From Candidatus Altimarinota bacterium (GTDB taxonomy: Bacteria; Patescibacteriota; Gracilibacteria; UBA1369), in contig JBAZYK010000001.1 in assembly GCA_041659405.1 (NCBI GenBank), positions 120,001 to 152,000 on the forward strand: a stretch of DNA of 32,000 bases, in the 5' to 3' direction. The notes under the pieces were generated by a model that had not been told where the DNA came from, searched no databases, and was given only the letters and a program-made list of their open reading frames with translations. The position numbers were made by a program, and so were the translations under genes. Every line of letters begins with the position of its first letter. The first letter of the stretch is position 1. This document shows positions 26,449-32,000 of this stretch, one piece after another.

Positions 26449-28164
26449 TTGGTTATTTACCTGCGTATGGTTAAGCATTTTCAAAAAATAAGCACTTCGT
26501 GCGTGCTTGATGAAGTGATTGAGTTATTGTGGTTAACGGTTGTTTTTGCTTTACCCTTGGTCTTTTTGCCGAGTCTTTACACCACCTTTGAAATACCAAA
26601 AGTGGTGCTTTTTAGGGTGGTGACCTGGATTATGCTTTTGCTGTTTTTGATCAGGATCGGCAGGCATGGGATGAAATTTGGCAGGTCAAAAATGATCAAA
26701 TGGCTTTGGATTTTTGGCGGAGCGTTTTTGACTTTTTATCTATTGGCGACAATCTTTTCGACGTCACCGATTGTTAGTATTTTCGGCTTTTATCCACGCT
26801 TTCAGGGGCTTTATACTTTTTCGTGTTATGTAATTTTCGCGCTGATTGTTTTTCTGCAAATTGGCTCACAGGCCGATAAAACCAGTCGCGAAACCCAAGT
26901 TCGGCGAATCATAAAAACCATTTTTATTTCGGTGAGTCTGGTTTCGGTAATTGCGCTTTTGCAAAAATTTTTGCCGGGATTTTTGGCTTTCTGGAACGAT
27001 CAGGCTTTTGAAGGCAGAATTTATGGAACCATGGCCAATCCAAATTATTTGGGCAGTATTTTGGTAATGATTATTCCGTTGATGCTGATACGGCTTGTGG
27101 AAAACGAGGAAGAATCAAAGAAAAATAGAGCCACCTCAAAAAACATTTTTACAAAAACCATGCTTGTTTTGGCGCTTCTGCTAAATTTTACGGCACTTTA
27201 TTTTACATATAGTCGCGCGGCTTTTGTGGGGCTTGCCATAGGTCTGTTTTTTGCATTTTGGGTAATGGCAAAGAAGAAACATTCACCGGGAGTATTTTGG
27301 GTAACAGTAGGAGGAATTTTGGTAATAGTTGGATTTGTGGTTGTTGTGAATCTTTTTGGGCAGAACTGGAAATCAACTTTTCTGGAGAGACTAAAATTTC
27401 AGGGTCAATATACCGTTTCCGCGGAAACCCGCCTGGAGCTTTGGCCGGCTGTAACACGCCAAATCTTGGCTAGACCTCTGCTTGGTTATGGGCCGGAAAC
27501 TTTCGCGTTAACGTTTCCAAATTTTGCCCCTAAAAATATCAACACTTCACCATTAAAAGGTGCATATCCCGACCGTGCTCACAATGAAATTCTGGATATG
27601 GCCGTGCAAATTGGCATACCCGGACTTATGGCCTATCTGGGATTTTTAATTTTATTTTTCGTTATCGCGACAAAAAAAATCATCAATGATAAAAGCCAAT
27701 CATCCTGGTATTATTTGGGATTATTAAGCGGAATTCTGGCCCTGTTTGTTTCCAATCAATTCGGATTTTCGGTTACCACGTTGTGGGTTTATTTCTTTCT
27801 GTTTGTGGCTGTATTGCTGCAATATCTACCGCCTGACGATAACAGCAAGAAGCTTGCTCAGCGGCTGTTTGCAAAATCAAAGCCGACTATCCCGGACACT
27901 TCGCACTCGGCTGTTGGCCTCGTCGAAATGGGTACTTCGCGCATGCGGATAAATATTTTTTTCAAAATCATATTTGTTTTATTGGTACTTGGTGCGGGAT
28001 CCTGGTTTGTCTTTTTTCATGATGTGCGCCTGATTGAAGCGGATCTTTTGTATCGAAAAGGAGTAGACATATCAAACAATAATCCCGATAATCATAATTC
28101 TGAAGTTTATAGTCAATACCTGCAAAAAGCGGCTTTGTTACAGCCAGATCAGTATCAACGATGA
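26449..28164 (+). CDS. O-antigen ligase / Wzy-like polytopic membrane protein
   Basis: ~12 hydrophobic segments and large periplasmic-type loop with LLGYGPETFALTFPNFAPKN...AHNEILDMAVQIGIPGLMAYLG; start uncertain (TTG 26449, ATG 26467 or GTG 26515). Confidence 0.85.
   Translation: MVIYLRMVKHFQKISTSCVLDEVIELLWLTVVFALPLVFLPSLYTTFEIPKVVLFRVVTWIMLLLFLIRIGRHGMKFGRSKMIKWLWIFGGAFLTFYLLATIFSTSPIVSIFGFYPRFQGLYTFSCYVIFALIVFLQIGSQADKTSRETQVRRIIKTIFISVSLVSVIALLQKFLPGFLAFWNDQAFEGRIYGTMANPNYLGSILVMIIPLMLIRLVENEEESKKNRATSKNIFTKTMLVLALLLNFTALYFTYSRAAFVGLAIGLFFAFWVMAKKKHSPGVFWVTVGGILVIVGFVVVVNLFGQNWKSTFLERLKFQGQYTVSAETRLELWPAVTRQILARPLLGYGPETFALTFPNFAPKNINTSPLKGAYPDRAHNEILDMAVQIGIPGLMAYLGFLILFFVIATKKIINDKSQSSWYYLGLLSGILALFVSNQFGFSVTTLWVYFFLFVAVLLQYLPPDDNSKKLAQRLFAKSKPTIPDTSHSAVGLVEMGTSRMRINIFFKIIFVLLVLGAGSWFVFFHDVRLIEADLLYRKGVDISNNNPDNHNSEVYSQYLQKAALLQPDQYQR
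26482..26510 (+). repeat. Partial copy D of the short GC-rich dispersed repeat, overlapping the start region of the ligase-like ORF
   Basis: CAAAAAATAAGCACTTCGTGCGTGCTTGA. Confidence 0.6.
27904..27950 (+). repeat. Copy E of the short GC-rich dispersed repeat, inside the ligase-like CDS
   Basis: CACTCGGCTGTTGGCCTCGTCGAAATGGGTACTTCGCGCATGCGGAT, translated as part of HSAVGLVEMGTSRMR. Confidence 0.55.
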
Positions 28165-28200
28165 ACCTTTTGACAATAGCCCGTTTGAAAAAACCGGGGG

Positions 28201-28228
28201 TTGACTTTTTAAAAATGCAACCTAAAAT
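28201..28228 (+). promoter_or_regulatory. Candidate sigma70-type promoter of the ATP synthase operon
   Basis: TTGACT - 16 bp - TAAAAT, about 50 bp upstream of atpB. Confidence 0.55.
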
Positions 28229-28280
28229 GCATGGCTAGTTCATCCAAATTAGTAATTGCTAATTCTTAAATTAAGTAAAA

Positions 28281-29123
28281 GTGGGAATCCAAGACCTAGA
28301 AATTCATCTTTCACCAAAAACGGTTTTCCAAATTGCACCTGGAATTCCGGTTACCAATACAGTTATTACGATGTGGGTTGTAATGGCGATTTTGATTGGG
28401 CTGGCTTTGGCTGTTCGTCTGACATTGAAGTTTGTTCCTAAAGGGTTCTTCCAAAATTTTGTGGAATGGTCGCTTCATGGCCTTTATAACTTTATGGAAG
28501 AAGTTGGCGGAAAGGCCGCAAAGAAGCATTTCACGATTTTTATAACTTTCTTTTTGACGATTCTTTTTTCCAACTGGCTTGGGATTGCCATGGGTTTAAT
28601 CGCTGAAGAATCAGGTTTTTTACGCGCCCCTACCAGCGACTTGAATACCACGGCCGCTTTTGCGCTTGTGGCCTTCATTTATTTTGAATATCAGGGAATG
28701 AAATCACATGGTTTTTTGGGACACCTTGGACACTTTGTGAATTTAAAAGCCCTTTTCACCGGAGGTGGAATGGGAATTATTGACTTCTTTGTTGGACTTT
28801 TGCATATTGTTTCGGAATTGGTTCGTCCGCTTGCGCTTGCTCTTCGTCTTTTTGGAAATATTTTTGGAGGAGAAATCGTTTTAACTGTGGCATTCTTATT
28901 GATTGGGCCGGCCTTCCCTCTGCCATTTATGGGTCTTGAAGTTATTATCGGTTTGATTCAGGCGTTTGTATTCTCGGTTTTGTTCTTAACATTTACGACC
29001 CTGAATACGGCTCATGAAGAAGAAGACAATGAAGTAATTGCTCCTACCAAAGAAGAACAGTCTGCTCCTATCGACGTCATTGTTGGTAGAGCGCAACATG
29101 GAAAATCCGGTGTACCGGCATAA
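28281..29123 (+). CDS. atpB: F0F1 ATP synthase subunit a
   Basis: NWLGIAMGLIAE...; ELVRPLALALRLFGNIFGGEIVL; LIQAFVFSVLFLTFT. Confidence 0.95.
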   Translation: MGIQDLEIHLSPKTVFQIAPGIPVTNTVITMWVVMAILIGLALAVRLTLKFVPKGFFQNFVEWSLHGLYNFMEEVGGKAAKKHFTIFITFFLTILFSNWLGIAMGLIAEESGFLRAPTSDLNTTAAFALVAFIYFEYQGMKSHGFLGHLGHFVNLKALFTGGGMGIIDFFVGLLHIVSELVRPLALALRLFGNIFGGEIVLTVAFLLIGPAFPLPFMGLEVIIGLIQAFVFSVLFLTFTTLNTAHEEEDNEVIAPTKEEQSAPIDVIVGRAQHGKSGVPA

Positions 29124-29135
29124 TAGCTTGATGCT

Positions 29136-29169
29136 GGCTTTTAAGGATTGATTAATCATCTTAAAAGCC
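29136..29169 (+). promoter_or_regulatory. Intra-operon hairpin between atpB and atpE
   Basis: GGCTTTTAAG (29136-29145) pairs with CTTAAAAGCC (29160-29169); no T-run follows. Confidence 0.55.
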
Positions 29170-29212
29170 GCCACTGAGAGATTATCTCACATTTATTTCT
29201 TAACTCATTTAA

Positions 29213-29437
<225 letters not shown>

Positions 29438-29473
29438 TAGCTTTATGGAAATGGCTTATTTGTTTAAAAATTT

Positions 29474-30094
29474 ATGAACGAACTAATATTCGCCCAGATT
29501 GCTCTGGCATCCCCTGCGGAAGCTACAGAGAACATTAATGCTGAAAATGCCCAGGCAAAAACCGGAACTGAAGCTCAAACGCTGGTTCCGGAAAAAGAGC
29601 ATGAAACTCAAGGGCTTTCAATTCAACCGGTTGTGGTGCTCACACAGGTTTTAAACCTGTTGATATTGATGCTTGCTTTGTATTTCATTCTTTACAAACC
29701 TCTTCTTAAGATGATGACCGAGCGTGAGAAGAAAATAAAGGATGGCGTTGAAAACGCAGATAAAGCAGACAAAATGTTAAGTGAAGCTACCGTTACTCAG
29801 GCTGAAATTGTTAAAAAAGCCAATATGGAAGGCCAGCAGGTTATGGAGAAAGCTCGCAAAGCCGGTGAAGAACTCAAATCCGGAATTGTTGGAAACGCCC
29901 ATACCGAAGCCGGCCAAATCATTAAGTCCGGCCATCAATTGGTTGAAATGGAAAAATCCAAAACTTTGCAGGAACTAAAGAGTAAGGCTGTAAACATTAT
30001 AATTAAAGCTACAGAAAACATCCTGAAAGAAAAATTGGATGCTCAAAAAGATGCTAAATTTATTGACGAAAGTCTTAATTCAATCAGTGCATGA
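29474..30094 (+). CDS. atpF: F0F1 ATP synthase subunit b with extended N-terminus
   Basis: TM segment VLTQVLNLLILMLALYFILYKPLLKMMTEREKKI followed by coiled coil; overlaps atpH start by 4 bp. Confidence 0.92.
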   Translation: MNELIFAQIALASPAEATENINAENAQAKTGTEAQTLVPEKEHETQGLSIQPVVVLTQVLNLLILMLALYFILYKPLLKMMTEREKKIKDGVENADKADKMLSEATVTQAEIVKKANMEGQQVMEKARKAGEELKSGIVGNAHTEAGQIIKSGHQLVEMEKSKTLQELKSKAVNIIIKATENILKEKLDAQKDAKFIDESLNSISA

Positions 30095-30645
30095 TCTCAA
30101 CAAATTCTCATTTAAAATACGGCAAAGCGCTCTATGAAGTCGCTTCAAAAAAACAGGAGGAAGCCCCTATTTTGCATGAGCTAAAAGCGGTTTGCGAACT
30201 TTATCATCATGTTAAGATTAAAAAAATGATGGATTCGCTTTCTCTGATGGAGAAATCCGCACGAGACCTGGTTTTGGATAAAACTTTTGAAGGTAAAGTA
30301 AATCTGCTTGTTGTGAATTTGTTAAAAATGCTGGCTTCAGCTAGAAAATTGGTTTTATTACCAAAGGTTTATGAAGCTTACAGCCAGATTTATCATGAAG
30401 CTAAAGGCATTGAAGAGGTTGTGATTGCTTCGGCGCGGCCTTTAAGCAAGGATGAAGAACATAATCTGATTAAAAAACTTGAAGAGAAAATGAAGAAAAA
30501 AATATCGGTCCATTTTAAAACTGATGCTGCACTTATTGGTGGCGTGCAAATCTTTGAAAGGGGCTATCTGACTGACTTTTCGGTTCAACATTATCTTACA
30601 AATTTGCAAAAATATCTTTTGCATCACGAAACCCCTTTCAACTAA
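30091..30645 (+). CDS. atpH: F0F1 ATP synthase subunit delta
   Basis: Position between atpF and atpA; KYGKALYEVASKK..., C-terminal LIGGVQIFERGYLTDFSVQHYLTNLQKYL. Confidence 0.88.
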   Translation: MISTNSHLKYGKALYEVASKKQEEAPILHELKAVCELYHHVKIKKMMDSLSLMEKSARDLVLDKTFEGKVNLLVVNLLKMLASARKLVLLPKVYEAYSQIYHEAKGIEEVVIASARPLSKDEEHNLIKKLEEKMKKKISVHFKTDAALIGGVQIFERGYLTDFSVQHYLTNLQKYLLHHETPFN

Positions 30646-30673
30646 AAATTAGTAATTAATAATTTTAAAAACT

Positions 30674-32000
30674 ATGCAAATTAATGCCCAAGAGATTACA
30701 GAATTCCTGGCAAAACAACTGGAAAATTATCAATTTCAACCTGAGAAAACCGGTGTTGGAGCCATCGTCTCGATTGGTGATGGAGTTGCCCAGGTAAGCG
30801 GCTTGAATGACGTGAAGATGGGTGAAATGATTGAGTTTCCAGGCGGCACCTTTGGTATGGCTATTAACTTAAGCCATGATACCGTTGGCTGTATTTTGTT
30901 TGATCTGGGTAAACATTTGAAAGAAGGCGATATGGTTAAGAGTACCGGCCGCGTGATGGAAGTTCCTGTTGGTGAAGCGCTTACCGGCCGTGTTGTGAAT
31001 GCTCTTGGACAACCTGTAGATGGAAAAGGACCGGTTAAGACTACCAAATTCCGTCCAATTGAACATAAAGCCGAAGGTGTAATTTCCCGCAAGTCGGTTA
31101 ATACTCCTTTGCAAACAGGTATTAAAGCCGTTGATGCCATGATCCCGATTGGTCGTGGTCAACGTGAACTTATTATCGGTGATCGCCAAATTGGTAAAAC
31201 TGCGATCGCGATCGATACAATCATCAATCAAAAAGGCCAAAAGGTACATTGTTTTTATGTTGCGATCGGCCAGAAACAATCAACTATTGCAACCGTAGTA
31301 AACAAATTGGAACAATCCGGTGCTATGGAATATACAACTGTGATTGTGGCTACAGCTTCCGATGCTGCGGCTTTGAGTTTTATTGCTCCTTATACCGGTT
31401 GCGCCATGGCGGAAGACGTTATGTACAGCGGTAAAGATGCTTTGATTGTTTATGATGATCTTTCCAAACATGCGTGGGCTTACCGTGAAGTTTCCTTGTT
31501 GTTACGCCGTCCACCGGGTCGTGAAGCGTATCCGGGCGATGTATTTTATTTGCATTCCCGTTTGTTGGAACGTGCTTCCCGCCTTGCGGATGACTTGGGT
31601 GGTGGATCATTAACCGCTTTGCCAATTATTGAAACACAGGCCGGTGACGTTTCCGCTTATATTCCAACCAACGTAATTTCAATTACAGATGGTCAGATTT
31701 ATTTGGAAGCTGAACTTTTCTATGCCGGTAAACGTCCTGCTATTAATGCCGGTATTTCCGTATCACGCGTAGGTGGCTCCGCTCAGGTTCCGGTTATGAA
31801 AAAAGTTGCCGGTAACTTACGTTTAAGTTTGTCTCAATTCCGTGAAATGGAAAGCTTTGCGCAAATTGGTTCAGATCTTGATCCACAAACAAAAGCGTTG
31901 TTGGAACGTGGCCAACGCATGACAGAAGTATTGAAACAACCACAATATCGACCGCTTTCCGTTGCCAAGCAGGTTGCAATTATTTACGCTGTGAATTCCG
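30674..32000 (+). CDS. atpA: F0F1 ATP synthase subunit alpha, 3'-truncated by the window end
   Basis: Absent from the ORF track because no stop is reached. Manual translation [58 protein letters not shown]...; Walker [16 protein letters not shown]; remains open to base 32000. Confidence 0.97.
   Translation, partial: MQINAQEITEFLAKQLENYQFQPEKTGVGAIVSIGDGVAQVSGLNDVKMGEMIEFPGGTFGMAINLSHDTVGCILFDLGKHLKEGDMVKSTGRVMEVPVGEALTGRVVNALGQPVDGKGPVKTTKFRPIEHKAEGVISRKSVNTPLQTGIKAVDAMIPIGRGQRELIIGDRQIGKTAIAIDTIINQKGQKVHCFYVAIGQKQSTIATVVNKLEQSGAMEYTTVIVATASDAAALSFIAPYTGCAMAEDVMYSGKDALIVYDDLSKHAWAYREVSLLLRRPPGREAYPGDVFYLHSRLLERASRLADDLGGGSLTALPIIETQAGDVSAYIPTNVISITDGQIYLEAELFYAGKRPAINAGISVSRVGGSAQVPVMKKVAGNLRLSLSQFREMESFAQIGSDLDPQTKALLERGQRMTEVLKQPQYRPLSVAKQVAIIYAVNS

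Overview
Chromosomal-looking 32 kb window. Gene content and compact, hypothetical-rich layout suggest an uncultivated, possibly CPR/Peregrinibacteria-like bacterium; this taxonomy is inference only. Recognisable housekeeping genes are uvrA, an FAD-dependent glycerol-3-phosphate dehydrogenase overlapping a HAD-IIA phosphatase, a PrsW-type membrane protease, recF, a threonyl-tRNA synthetase without the N-terminal TGS domain, an O-antigen ligase-like polytopic protein, and the start of an F-type ATP synthase operon (atpB-E-F-H-A, with atpA cut by the window end). The left third holds a 5'-truncated surface protein with TSP3-like calcium-binding repeats around an SLH region, followed by four same-strand genes for exported or membrane-anchored proteins of unknown function. 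This is the best candidate here for an undescribed system. Also present are a complete type II toxin-antitoxin pair, a solitary antitoxin-like 50-aa ORF, an HNH-nuclease-like gene, and two large lineage-specific soluble proteins (681 and 724 aa). The most distinctive non-coding signal is a set of short GC-rich palindromic repeats, several of them inside coding sequences at places where conserved enzymes carry extra low-complexity segments. In addition, a 193-bp element with perfect 26-bp terminal inverted repeats lies just upstream of uvrA. I found no CRISPR array, rRNA, tRNA, transposase or known antiviral defence operon.
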